Origin: an uncultured Hormoscilla sp.
GTDB lineage: Bacteria; Cyanobacteriota; Cyanobacteriia; Cyanobacteriales; Desertifilaceae
Assembly: GCA_963921275.4 (NCBI GenBank)
Contig: OZ001293.3
Location: 5,984,001 to 6,048,000, forward strand
Length of the DNA stretch: 64,000 nt
Reading direction: 5' to 3'
Position 1 is the stretch's first letter. Each line of letters opens with the position of its first letter. The position numbers and the translations under genes were made by a program. A model generated the notes under the pieces. The model saw only the letters and a list, made by a program, of their open reading frames with translations. It did no database searches and was not told the origin of the DNA. This document shows, one piece after another, positions 36,888-47,875 of the stretch.

Positions 36888-37000
36888 GAGTATTTCCTCC
36901 CTCAGTAAACAGGGATATTGTACGAGTTCGGGAGGCAAAACTCTTGATGTGTATCCCTGTTGCTATAAACTGTGGAGTTGGAGAACTAACAGAAAGTGCA

Positions 37001-37204
37001 ATGGAAATCGGTCAGAAGGTAAAAGTGCAGGGCGTGATAGATCGCAGCATGCCCGGCAAGATGGTCAAGCAGCTCCAGCAAAATCCAGTGGGAACCATTG
37101 TGGGGTACAAAATGGTCGATCGCTCGGAAGTGGGTTTTGTGGTCAAGTTTGACGAGGAGTTGTCCACCTGGTTCTTTGAAGAGGAACTCGAACAGGTTAA
37201 CTAG
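37001..37204 (+). CDS. petP: Cytochrome b6f subunit PetP
   Basis: MEIGQKVKV..YKMVD..VVKFD..TWFFEEEL; conserved hisF-petP-ArsA-chlG synteny. Confidence 0.85.
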   Translation: MEIGQKVKVQGVIDRSMPGKMVKQLQQNPVGTIVGYKMVDRSEVGFVVKFDEELSTWFFEEELEQVN

Positions 37205-37294
37205 ACCTCTGTCCTGTTGGGCTCTGATCGCGCAGCGGAGCGACGCGGAGGCGCTGCGCTAGACTAAAATGAGAGTTGCTGTAGAAAAACAGAG

Positions 37295-38458
37295 ATGGCC
37301 GTGATTTTGACATTTTTGGGCAAGGGCGGCACGGGCAAAACTACCCTGGCGATCGGGGCGGCCAAGCGGTTTGCAAGTCAAGGGAAGCGGGTGCTGCTGG
37401 CACTCACTTCCCCGGCATCGGCCTTGCTGCTGGGCCAGTCCCTCAATGCGGAACCGCAGGAGATCGCCCCGAATTTGCAGGGCGTGCAGCTGTTGAGTAC
37501 CCCTATGCTCGCTAAGGGTTGGCAAGAGGTGAAACAACTGGAAGCTGAATACCTCCAAAAACCGTTTTTTCAGGCGGTATTCGGTGAAGAACTAGGTGTA
37601 TTGCCGGGAATGGACAGTTTCATAAGACTATATGCACTCTGGAAGTATGACGCTAGCGGCAATTATGATGCGATCGTCTACGATGGGGATGGCGATCTGT
37701 CCACCCTGCGGATGCTGGGTACGCCAGAAATTTTCAGCTGGTATATCCGCCGCTTCCGTCAGGTGTTGATCGATTCTGAACTGGGCCAGGCCCTATCGCC
37801 TTTTGTGGGACCGGTCAGTGCGGCGGTGCTGAATGGGGACTGGTCGGCGGATAACTTCGCTCAACCAACCCAGCAGGTGGATCGGATTCTGGATGAGGGA
37901 AAGGCAAAGATCGCTGACCCGCAGCAGGTGACAGCTTATCTGGTGATTACTGATGACCCAGGGGCGATCGCCACGGCCCGTTACCTTTGGGGTAGCGCTC
38001 AACAAGTAGGTTTGACCGTTGGCGGCGTGATTCTGAATAAGTCGGTAGTGGCGGATACGGAGGCAGCAAACTTTGCCGAAAGTCTCAGCTCACTCTTAGA
38101 AACTTTTGATGATGAAGCGACTAACACTTCACAGGTAAAGGAGCAGTTCGCTCCTTTGCCTGTGAGCGTAGTTCCCTTCAGCCCAAGTCAGGAGTGGGAG
38201 GCGATAATGTCAAGCCTGCCAGATTTCTCGTCAGCCACACAGGCTCCTAGACCGCTGACGATTGATGTCAATGTTGGTAGGGTGACTCTATTTTTGCCCG
38301 GTTTTGATAAAAAACAGGTGAAGCTGACCCAATATGGTCCGGAAATTACGATCGAAGCGGGGGACCAGCGGCGCAATATCCTTTTGCCAAAGCAACTGAG
38401 TGGTAAACCTGTTAAGGGCGCTAAGTTTCAGGATGGTTATTTGATCATTTCCTTCTAG
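37295..38458 (+). CDS. ArsA/Get3-fold ATPase with C-terminal HSP20-like domain
   Basis: FLGKGGTGKTT, ELGVLPGMD, LFLPGFDKKQVKLTQYGPE. Confidence 0.9.
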   Translation: MAVILTFLGKGGTGKTTLAIGAAKRFASQGKRVLLALTSPASALLLGQSLNAEPQEIAPNLQGVQLLSTPMLAKGWQEVKQLEAEYLQKPFFQAVFGEELGVLPGMDSFIRLYALWKYDASGNYDAIVYDGDGDLSTLRMLGTPEIFSWYIRRFRQVLIDSELGQALSPFVGPVSAAVLNGDWSADNFAQPTQQVDRILDEGKAKIADPQQVTAYLVITDDPGAIATARYLWGSAQQVGLTVGGVILNKSVVADTEAANFAESLSSLLETFDDEATNTSQVKEQFAPLPVSVVPFSPSQEWEAIMSSLPDFSSATQAPRPLTIDVNVGRVTLFLPGFDKKQVKLTQYGPEITIEAGDQRRNILLPKQLSGKPVKGAKFQDGYLIISF

Positions 38459-38584
38459 CGATCGCTAATCCCTGTCTCCTGGGAGTGCGGTTGAACACTA
38501 CCCAGGAGACAGGGATGGCTAATCTGTGGTAATTAGCCATTAGCACCAAAAAAAAAGTATATTTGCATATGGGAAAAGGGAAAA

Positions 38585-39817
38585 ATGACAGAGGATTCTA
38601 CAGGGGAAAACCGCAGATCGAGAAGAAGGCGGATGTCGGCTAGCCAGGAAAGGGGTGCCGATTTTTCCGGAACGGTAGGACCAGAGAAGTCCCTCGAACA
38701 AGGAGATTTAACTAAGGACTCCGGAGAAGTTACAAAGGATTCTACAGAATATTCCCGCAGATCGAGAAGAAGGCGGATGTCGGCCAGCCAGGAGGGGGAT
38801 GCCGAAGGGGGAGATTTAACTAAGGACTCCGAAGAAGTTACAAAGGATTCTACAAGATCTTCCCGCAGAGCCAGAAGCAGGCAGATGCTGGGCATGAAGG
38901 ATGCGGATACGGAAGGGGTAGAAAAGTCGATCTGGAAAATCCGCTTGCAACTGATGAAGCCGATCACCTGGATACCCCTGATCTGGGGTGTGGTCTGCGG
39001 GGCGGCGTCTTCGGGAAATTTTACCTGGACAATAGAGAATGTTTTGGTCGCTGCTGCCTGTATGTTGCTGTCTGGCCCTTTGATGACCGGATATACTCAA
39101 ACTTTGAATGATTTGTATGATGCGGAAATAGACGCGATTAATGAACCTTATCGTCCCATTCCCTCGGGTGCGATTTCTAAGGAGCAGGTGCAGATCCAGA
39201 TTTGGGTGTTGCTATTGGCGGGGTTGGCAGTGGCCTATGTTTTGGATGTCTGGGCGGGTCACGATATGAAGGTGCTTAGCGCGATCGCAGTGGGTGGGGC
39301 TTATTTGTCTTACATTTATTCTGCTCCTCCTTTGAAACTGAAGAAAAATGGCTGGTTGGGAAATTACGCCCTCGGCGCTAGTTACATCTCTCTGCCTTGG
39401 TGGGCGGGTCATAGTTTATTTGGTCAGTTGAACTGGACAATTATCATTCTGACTCTATTCTACAGTTTGGCGGGGTTGGGGATTGCAGTTGTGAATGATT
39501 TCAAAAGTGTGGAAGGAGATAAAGAACAGGGGTTAAATTCTTTGCCAGTTATGTTTGGCGTGACGACGGCAGCTTGGATATCGGTGGTCATGATTGATGT
39601 TTTTCAAGCGGGTATCGGTGCTTATCTGATCGGCATTCACGAAAATTTGTATGGCGCGATCGTGCTACTGCTGATTATTCCCCAAATCACTTTTCAGGAT
39701 ATGTATTTCCTGCGCAATCCTTTGGAAAATGATGTTAAATATCAGGCTAGCGCTCAACCTTTCTTGGTACTGGGAATGCTGATAACAGGTTTGGCCTTGG
39801 GTCATGCAGGTGTTTGA
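38585..39817 (+). CDS. chlG: Chlorophyll synthase ChlG with repetitive N-terminal extension
   Basis: RQMLGMK..WKIRLQLMKPITWIPLIWG, NEPYRPIPSG, NDFKSVEGD. Confidence 0.96.
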   Translation: MTEDSTGENRRSRRRRMSASQERGADFSGTVGPEKSLEQGDLTKDSGEVTKDSTEYSRRSRRRRMSASQEGDAEGGDLTKDSEEVTKDSTRSSRRARSRQMLGMKDADTEGVEKSIWKIRLQLMKPITWIPLIWGVVCGAASSGNFTWTIENVLVAAACMLLSGPLMTGYTQTLNDLYDAEIDAINEPYRPIPSGAISKEQVQIQIWVLLLAGLAVAYVLDVWAGHDMKVLSAIAVGGAYLSYIYSAPPLKLKKNGWLGNYALGASYISLPWWAGHSLFGQLNWTIIILTLFYSLAGLGIAVVNDFKSVEGDKEQGLNSLPVMFGVTTAAWISVVMIDVFQAGIGAYLIGIHENLYGAIVLLLIIPQITFQDMYFLRNPLENDVKYQASAQPFLVLGMLITGLALGHAGV

Positions 39818-40572
39818 GCAAAGTCCCAAGTTTGGAGATGCCAACCGCCTCCTGCTACTACTACTGCTGCGATATAGCCAGACCCAGGATTGATTTGCTT
39901 GAGAGACCATCCTGGGTCTGGCTGTTGTTTGTCTGTTCTCGCGTTCCCAGGCGGAGCAGTGGGAACGAGGTGCGGTTCTTTTGTGGTGAGGGAAACTTCG
40001 ATGTTTTCTAATCCTACTAACCCATCTCCGGTGGCTTTCAGATAGGCTTCTTTACAAGTCCAGTAATGAAAAAATACTCGGGGCTGTTCTTGGGGAGCTA
40101 CAGAACTAATAGCGGTATATTCCCGATGGCTAAAGAAGCGCTTGGCTAGTTGTTCTGCTTCTAGATCCCGAATGTATTCTAGATCGATGCCGATTTCTCT
40201 GTCTAGGGCGATCGCATACAAGGCTAGTCCGTGGGAATGGGAAAGGTTAAATTCTAGTTTGCCAAAAGTAACGCTGTTAGCTTCATCAAGGGCGGGTTTG
40301 CCACGGGGACTATAACTGAACTTTACCTGACTTGCTGCTATGCTTAGGTAGTTGCCCAGGATATTTCTGAGGATACCGCGAGCGGCGATGAAATGCAGGC
40401 GATCTCGCTGGAAATAAAATCGCGCCGCCCTTTGCTGTTCATCTTCCGAGAGGGTGGGGAGTAGTTGCAGGATCTGCTGTTCTGGTAAGTTGAGGTTAGC
40501 CCGCCAGACATGGACTACATCTGACGAGGGTTGTAAAGAAGCTGGCGCTAGTTGCCACGGGGTCGGTGTCAT
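39802..40572 (-). CDS. 4'-phosphopantetheinyl transferase (Sfp/HetI type)
   Basis: FNLSHSHG, IGIDLE, WTCKEAYLKATG. Confidence 0.92.
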   Translation of the reverse strand: MTPTPWQLAPASLQPSSDVVHVWRANLNLPEQQILQLLPTLSEDEQQRAARFYFQRDRLHFIAARGILRNILGNYLSIAASQVKFSYSPRGKPALDEANSVTFGKLEFNLSHSHGLALYAIALDREIGIDLEYIRDLEAEQLAKRFFSHREYTAISSVAPQEQPRVFFHYWTCKEAYLKATGDGLVGLENIEVSLTTKEPHLVPTAPPGNARTDKQQPDPGWSLKQINPGSGYIAAVVVAGGGWHLQTWDFAQTPA

Positions 40573-40654
40573 AAGCTAAGAAGCTAGGAACGGGCGATAA
40601 GTTATCAGTGAGCAGTTACTAGCGCAATAAAGGATAAGATTAACTACAATAATA

Positions 40655-41707
40655 TTGTACTTAGGAACAAGGATTAAACAAGATGATCATCCGAGAAGCC
40701 ATAAAGTATTGTCAGCGCGGGCGTTTCAGACGAGTTTGACACCCCTCTTGGTGAAAACGATTCAGAACATGGGAGTAGAGCACAGATATTCTGTACTGAA
40801 TAATTCTCCAGAAATAATCCTTTGCAAAGAGGAGATGCAACTCTGTACCACCGCCACAGAGTTGGGGGCTACAGCGGTAAGGAAATGCCTCACATTTGCA
40901 GATGTGGCTCCTGATGAGGTAGGCTTGCTGATTACAGCAACGAACACCCAGAGTCGCTTGCTACCCGGTCTCGCTCCAGATATAATGGTTTTATTACATG
41001 GTATTCTCAAGCCAGATATAAGTATCATTAATATGCAGGGTCAAGGTTGTGCAGCTTTGCTCAAAGCTGTGGAGGTAGCCCAGTGGTATCTGCTCGCTAA
41101 CTCTGACAAAAAAGCCCTAGTATTGATGTCTGAGGCTGCCACACCTTACACCATAAAACATCTTGCTGGTAGAGCAATCCAAGCCTTTTTATTTGGTGAT
41201 GGCGCGGTGGCTTTACTCCTAGGATCCCAGAATAATGGATCTGGTGCGAGTTGTGGGTCAATCTGTCACTTAACCAACGAAAAACCAGATGATGCTAACT
41301 TACTTGTGATGTCCGAGGGTGGTACTTCCCATCCGGTCGTACATGGCGTGCCGCGATACTGGATGCGATCGGAAGTCCCCAAGCGCGGGGCTGCTTATGC
41401 AGCAGCAACGGTAAAGGCCCTCCTGGAACATCCCAGATCGCCCATCAACCACCTGGAGGAAGCGAAAGTTGGTCTGATTCACACAGGTAGTCGCAAGATC
41501 CTCGATGGAGTTTGTCATAAACTGGGTTTATCTCCAAGTTCCCCGAAAGTCGCTCTATCCTACGATATTTTACGCAAGTATGGCAATCTGTCTAGCGCCT
41601 CGGTGGGATTTATGTTGGCAGAGGGTGACTTTACTAGCGGAACGGGTTTTATGATTATTTTTGGGATTGGATTTAGTGCCAGTGCGGGAATTATCACGTT
41701 TTCGTAA
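40655..41707 (+). CDS. Type III polyketide synthase-like condensing enzyme (start uncertain, possibly partial)
   Basis: Cys-His-Asn triad contexts GQGCAA, IHTGS and YGNLSSAS; FLFGDGA. Confidence 0.7.
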   Translation: MYLGTRIKQDDHPRSHKVLSARAFQTSLTPLLVKTIQNMGVEHRYSVLNNSPEIILCKEEMQLCTTATELGATAVRKCLTFADVAPDEVGLLITATNTQSRLLPGLAPDIMVLLHGILKPDISIINMQGQGCAALLKAVEVAQWYLLANSDKKALVLMSEAATPYTIKHLAGRAIQAFLFGDGAVALLLGSQNNGSGASCGSICHLTNEKPDDANLLVMSEGGTSHPVVHGVPRYWMRSEVPKRGAAYAAATVKALLEHPRSPINHLEEAKVGLIHTGSRKILDGVCHKLGLSPSSPKVALSYDILRKYGNLSSASVGFMLAEGDFTSGTGFMIIFGIGFSASAGIITFS

Positions 41708-41782
41708 TCCCAAAGATGGGCGAGCGTACCCATAATTGTGTATTCTAGAGCTAGTTTATTGAATTTTTGAGGTTAACTACTG

Positions 41783-41968
41783 ATGCCTATATTAATGGAA
41801 GCTGGTACGTTCCCGCTCTATTTTACCCTGGTGTATGTCGGAGGCTTTATTGCTGCTGTCACTATTGGCTCGATCGCCTGGTATAATTCCAAGCGTCCTG
41901 CTGGTTGGGAAGATGCCAAGCGTCCGGACATTGTACCTGAAATTAAGCCAAAAGACAAGGATAAATAA
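41783..41968 (+). CDS. psb35: Photosystem II assembly protein Psb35
   Basis: GFIAAVTIGSIAWYNSKRPAGWE. Confidence 0.85.
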   Translation: MPILMEAGTFPLYFTLVYVGGFIAAVTIGSIAWYNSKRPAGWEDAKRPDIVPEIKPKDKDK

Positions 41969-42264
41969 ACTATCGGGACTGCTGCTTTAACCGCACCATG
42001 AAAAATCCATCCATTTGATGTCGGTGGGGCCAGACTTTTACCCATCCCATGGCTGCGCCACGCTGCGCGATCGGCGGCGCAGGGGTGGGTCTATTTTCCA
42101 GTGGGGATGCTTCTCTAGAAATGCCTCAATAACTCTTTCGTTCTCTAAGGGATGCAGGGTACAGGAGGCATACTGGTTTATGCCTCCTGCTTTTACCAAT
42201 TATGCTGTATGTTCTAGCAGTTCTATCTGCAATGCTGATAGTTCAGTGCGACTCGTTCAGTGTA

Positions 42265-43098
<834 letters not shown>

Positions 43099-43698
43099 AA
43101 CCACCGGTGATAACCGAAGGGGGACCACTGGCAAGGCTCCATTAGCCTTGATAACTTTTAGATGATGGTGGTGAAAGCCCACCCCTCCAGGTGCAGGAGT
43201 GACAGCACTTACCCCACGGTAGCGATGGCATCAATCCGTGAAGCGGGTACGAAAGGCGCCCTGGCTGGTAGCCTAAACCGGTCATCGCCGATTTTTCGCG
43301 CAGCGTGCAAGTAGTCACGGTGAGCGAAAGCAAAGATTTACAGTGTCGTTACGACAAACCAGCGTAATAAGGCTAAACACGCTGGCCCAAAAGGGAAAGG
43401 ATAATGGTCATTGGCGGTTCCTTTTCCGACCAATAAGCACCGACAATAAACCCGGCATAAGGAATCCACCTAAAACTACGACCAATCATCTAGAGGAACG
43501 AAGTAAACCAGGTACATACTCTCAACCACCGGTCGATAGGTTGAGCAGCCACCAAAGGCGCAACATCTGCTTACATTCGGCAGGTTATATCTGGGAAAGA
43601 TTTCGCGGAGAAGCTAACGCCTTTCTGTAATGGATGGGATATGCTGACGCCCTCACGGTAACGTCAATTGTAAAGTTGTAAGTAGCAATACATACGTC

Positions 43699-45471
43699 AT
43701 GAGCACGATGTCAAAATCGATGAATGAATGGAAGGATATCCCCTGGCCTCGGCTGGAACGGGTAGTCTTTAAGTTGCAAAAACGAATTTACAGAGCGGCA
43801 CAAGAAGGCAATAAGCAAAAAGTTCGCAGGCTCCAAAGGTTACTGGTAAGCTCCCGGGCTGCCAAATGTCTAGCGGTACGACGGGTTACACAAGATAACC
43901 AGGGAAAGAAGACAGCCGGTGTGGATGGTGTGAAATCACTAACCCCAAAGCAACGCCGAGAACTGGTAGGACAGATTGAAATCTCAAACAAGGCTAAGCC
44001 TACACGTCGTGTATGGATTCCTAAGCCAGGGAGAGAAGAAAAACGTCCTTTAGGAATACCCACGATGCACGACCGCGCGAATCAAGGGCTCCTCAAGATT
44101 GCGCTCGAACCCGAATGGGAAGCATATATGGAGGGGAACTCATACGGATTCAGACCGGGTCGGGGATGCCACGATGCAATTGCGGCAATATTCAGCAGCA
44201 TTAAACAGAAACCCAAATGGGTATTAGATGCAGATATTGCGAAATGTTTCGACAGGATAGACCACAAAGCGCTAGTCGAAAAATTAAATACTACGTCACC
44301 AATCCGTAAACAAGTACGGGCATGGTTAAAAGCCGGGGTGATTGACAAGAAGATATGGCACACAACTGAGGCAGGAACGCCACAAGGGGGTGTCATATCC
44401 CCACTGCTAGCCAATATAGCCCTACAGGGGTTAGAGGAAGCAGTAATGGAATTAGCAAAGACACAAAGGGAAAAGCAAAAGCTGACGGTAGTCAGATACG
44501 CAGACGACTTTGTGATCATGCATGAAGACAGGGAGATGATAGACAGAGCGCAAACAGTGGTGGCAGAGTGGCTAAGAAGAATAGGGCTTGAGTTGAAGGC
44601 CGAAAAGACAAAGATAGCCCACAGGCTAAATGGAGAAAACCCGGGATTCGACTTCCTAGGATTCAATATAAGGCAATATAAAGAGGGAAAATACAGAACC
44701 GGCAAATCAACAAACGGAACACCCCTAGGATTCAAAACCCTAATCAAACTCAGTAATAAGTCCATAGGGAAGCATAAAGAACGGTTATCAGAAATGGTAA
44801 CTAGCCATATAACAGCACCACAAGCGGCCCTAATAAGCAGGCTAAACCCGATAATAAGGGGATGGTTAAACTACTTTAGGACAGTGGTAAGCAAGGAAAT
44901 TTACAGCGATATGGACAACTACCTATGGAACATCCTATGGCAATGGGCCAAAAGGAGGCACCCTAACAAGTCAAGTAACTGGATAACCTATAAATACTGG
45001 TCTGTAAACCAGGATGCTAAATGGCGATTCCGAAGCAAGACAAAAGAGGGTGATATGAAGATACGCAAACACTCCGAAACTGAGATAATCAGACACGTAA
45101 AAGTGAAAGGGACCGCAAGCCCATACGACGGGAACCTCACATATTGGAGCACAAGATTAGGCAAAAGCCCCGAACTGAGTAAAAGGGTAGCAACGCTACT
45201 CAAGCAGCAAAAGGGAAAATGCCAACAGTGCGGACTAACGTTTATGGATAGTGACAAATGGGAAGTTGACCATATCATGCCCCTTTCACTAGGAGGTAAG
45301 GACCGGTATGACAACCTACAGTTGCTACACAAACACTGCCACGACAAAAAGACTGCCAGCGATGGCAGTAGCCGTACCCATGACAAGGGTGGCGTGACCG
45401 AGGAGCAGGATGAGGCGAAAGTCTCATATCCGGTTTTGAAGACGAGTCGGTCCGGTGACGGACTGGCTTAG
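43699..45471 (+). CDS. ltrA: Group II intron reverse transcriptase/maturase/HNH endonuclease, intact
   Basis: 590 aa; PQGGVISPLLANI, YADD, X domain, CQQCG..VDHIMP..NLQLLH. Confidence 0.96.
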   Translation: MSTMSKSMNEWKDIPWPRLERVVFKLQKRIYRAAQEGNKQKVRRLQRLLVSSRAAKCLAVRRVTQDNQGKKTAGVDGVKSLTPKQRRELVGQIEISNKAKPTRRVWIPKPGREEKRPLGIPTMHDRANQGLLKIALEPEWEAYMEGNSYGFRPGRGCHDAIAAIFSSIKQKPKWVLDADIAKCFDRIDHKALVEKLNTTSPIRKQVRAWLKAGVIDKKIWHTTEAGTPQGGVISPLLANIALQGLEEAVMELAKTQREKQKLTVVRYADDFVIMHEDREMIDRAQTVVAEWLRRIGLELKAEKTKIAHRLNGENPGFDFLGFNIRQYKEGKYRTGKSTNGTPLGFKTLIKLSNKSIGKHKERLSEMVTSHITAPQAALISRLNPIIRGWLNYFRTVVSKEIYSDMDNYLWNILWQWAKRRHPNKSSNWITYKYWSVNQDAKWRFRSKTKEGDMKIRKHSETEIIRHVKVKGTASPYDGNLTYWSTRLGKSPELSKRVATLLKQQKGKCQQCGLTFMDSDKWEVDHIMPLSLGGKDRYDNLQLLHKHCHDKKTASDGSSRTHDKGGVTEEQDEAKVSYPVLKTSRSGDGLA

Positions 45472-45573
45472 TTTAATTGTACTGTCTCGGGGTTTGACGC
45501 CAACGGGCATCTGCATGGCGATGTAAGGTTCCTAAACCAGAACGTCTAGTAATACTCGATCGGCAATGTTGGT

Positions 45574-47315
45574 GGATGGGGTCGAGCCGGGAATCGCTTC
45601 CCGACCCTCCCTTGAGGAACCGGACTTGCGATTTTCACCGCATCCGGCTACTGGGTACTAGGCCCTTTTCATAGGTGGATGGGGTCGAGCCGGGAATCGC
45701 TTCCCGACCCTCCCTTGAGGAACCGGACTTGCGATTTTCACCGCATCCGGCTACTGGGTACTAGGCCCTTTTCATAGGTAGACTTAATAGGAATTACTTC
45801 CGTTAGCCCTTGCCGCCTGTCTTTTCTTCCCTTTCCTGGTTTAGCGAGTGGTTGTTCTAATAACCGTTAGTATCACCATTTTCAAGTCAGTTTTACCAGT
45901 TATCCATACCTTATCCTCCACTTGCGTTTCGGATTAGTTCCGTGGCTTTTTAGGATTACTCATTCCAGCAGCTTCCTAGTATCACCGACCCACGTCAGCG
46001 CTGGCTACCCAGCATCATCTACATTACTGTAGATGTTATCCCAGGAATTACCCCGGGCATTCGCTTCTTGGGCCATCCCTCCCCCCGTGGCTTGCGCTTA
46101 ACATCTAACTTGTCCTGATGGACAGCACACGAGAGGTTACTTCGTTCCCTAACAACATTTCGCGATACCTTTAGGTCCACACTATACCCCGGGAGCTATT
46201 TGAGTACTATATTAGCCAGAGTCTAAAACTAATACTAGCTACCATTTCCTTTTTAGGCCAGCGCATATAGCCTTATTTCGCTGGTTCCTTATAACGAGGC
46301 TTGCACATGTTTGCCTGCTCTAACCTTGGATATCTTTCCTAGCGGCGTCACCGGCTTAGGCTGCCAGTTATCCTACATTTGAGTCCTCGCTTAGCACCAC
46401 GATGATGTCGCTTCGTAGCACCGAGGACCGGTGTCACCCCCGTACCTGGGGGGAGGGGAATTTAACCCCCATGCGGTCAGAGTTCCCGGCTAATGAAACC
46501 GGGCTAGCGTTCCGTGTTTGACCACGTTAGGCTAGAACGAATCGCACAGACTTAATAGGAATTACTTCCGTTAGCCCTTGCCGCCTGTCTTTTCTTCCCT
46601 TTCCTGGTTTAGCGAGTGGTTGTTCTGATAACCGTTAGTATCACCATTTTCAAGTCAGTTTTACCAGTTATCCATACCTTATCCTCCACTTGCGTTTCGG
46701 ATTAGTTCCGTGGCTTTTTAGGATTACTCATTCCAGCAGCTTCCTAGTATCACCGACCCACGTCAGCGCTGGCTACCCAGCATCATCTACATTACTGTAG
46801 ATGTTATCCCAGGAATTACCCCGGGCATTCGCTTCTTGGGCCATCCCTCCCCCCGTGGCTTGCGCTTAACATCTAACTTGTCCTGATGGACAGCACACGA
46901 GAGGTTACTTCGTTCCCTAACAACATTTCGCGATACCTTTAGGTCCACACTATACCCCGGGAGCTATTTGAGTACTATATTAGCCAGAGTCTAAAACTAA
47001 TACTAGCTACCATTTCCTTTTTAGGCCAGCGCATATAGCCTTATTTCGCTGGTTCCTTATAACGAGGCTTGCACATGTTTGCCTGCTCTAACCTTGGATA
47101 TCTTTCCTAGCGGCGTCACCGGCTTAGGCTGCCAGTTATCCTACATTTGAGTCCTCGCTTAGCACCACGATGATGTCGCTTCGTAGCACCGAGGACCGGT
47201 GTCACCCCCGTACCTGGGGGGAGGGGAATTTAACCCCCATGCGGTCAGAGTTCCCGGCTAATGAAACCGGGCTAGCGTTCCGTGTTTGACCACGTTAGGC
47301 TAGAACGAATCGCAC
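45574..47315 (-). mobile_element. ORF-less family A intron (sense in rsmB) containing a second copy of itself
   Basis: 768-nt 5' part (46548-47315) plus 103-nt 3' part (45574-45676) = 871 nt; rsmB rejoins EKF|TNIADRV. Confidence 0.92.
45677..46547 (-). mobile_element. ORF-less family A intron (871 nt), inner copy of the self-twintron
   Basis: Full copy inserted at AAGTCT|ACCTAT of the outer copy. Confidence 0.92.
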
Positions 47316-47634
47316 AAACTTTTCTAGGTTACGTATGTCCTCCGCACAGATTTTAATTGACTGCAAGTTCAAGCGATCGCAGTTTTGGGTCAGTTTTTTC
47401 AGGCGGGAGGCGCTGCGATCGCAGGCCCAAACGGTTCCCCGATCTCCCATCAACTCGGCGATATGTGTAGTTTTGCCTCCGGGTGCCGCACAGGCATCGA
47501 TTACTACTTCACCAGGTTGGGGGTCGAGGAGATATGTTACTAATTGAGCGCTACTATCTTGTACCATCCACCACCCTTCCTGAAAACCGGGTAATTCCCT
47601 AATCGATCCTATTCTATCATTTAATCTTAAACCC

Positions 47635-47875
47635 GCCATCCTCACCCCCACCATAAATGGTGGGGCTACAGGAACAAAGCCCGCCTGCGCGGGCTCAGAT
47701 ATTTCCTCCCCCTCCCCCACCATAAATGGTGGGGCTACATGGACAAAGCCCGCCTGCGCGGGTTGATCTATTATTCCTTCATCGCCCTTTTCCCCCACCA
47801 TAAATGGTGGGGCTACACCGAACAAAGCAATGTCCGGAGCGAGCGCAGCGTGGCAACCTTCCTGCGCGGGCTGAT
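47635..47875. repeat. Cluster of REP-like palindromes inserted in frame in rsmB
   Basis: CCCCACCATAAATGGTGGGGCTACA three times with AAAGCCCGCCTGCGCGGG; relatives near 17820-17930 and 30550-30595. Confidence 0.8.

Noticed and set aside
44082..45386. Long antisense ORFs (227 aa and 132 aa) opposite the RT, and similar shadows opposite other genes
   Set aside because: They are antisense shadows of real genes with no recognisable motifs.
43699..45471. RT as part of a DGR, retron or defence RT system
   Set aside because: Both RTs have YADD, X and HNH domains and lie within clear GTGCG...DV/DVI intron boundaries. The paralog pairs (Uma2, DUF6887, LRR modules) differ at all base types, with no adenine-specific pattern by eye.
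45400..45471. RT reading frame running through DV and DVI
   Set aside because: This is a common arrangement in cyanobacterial chloroplast-like introns.
45574..47315. Simple tandem duplication or assembly stutter
   Set aside because: The breakpoints are exactly the intron termini at an EBS1-matching site, and the inner copy has its own substitution; read-level confirmation is still needed.
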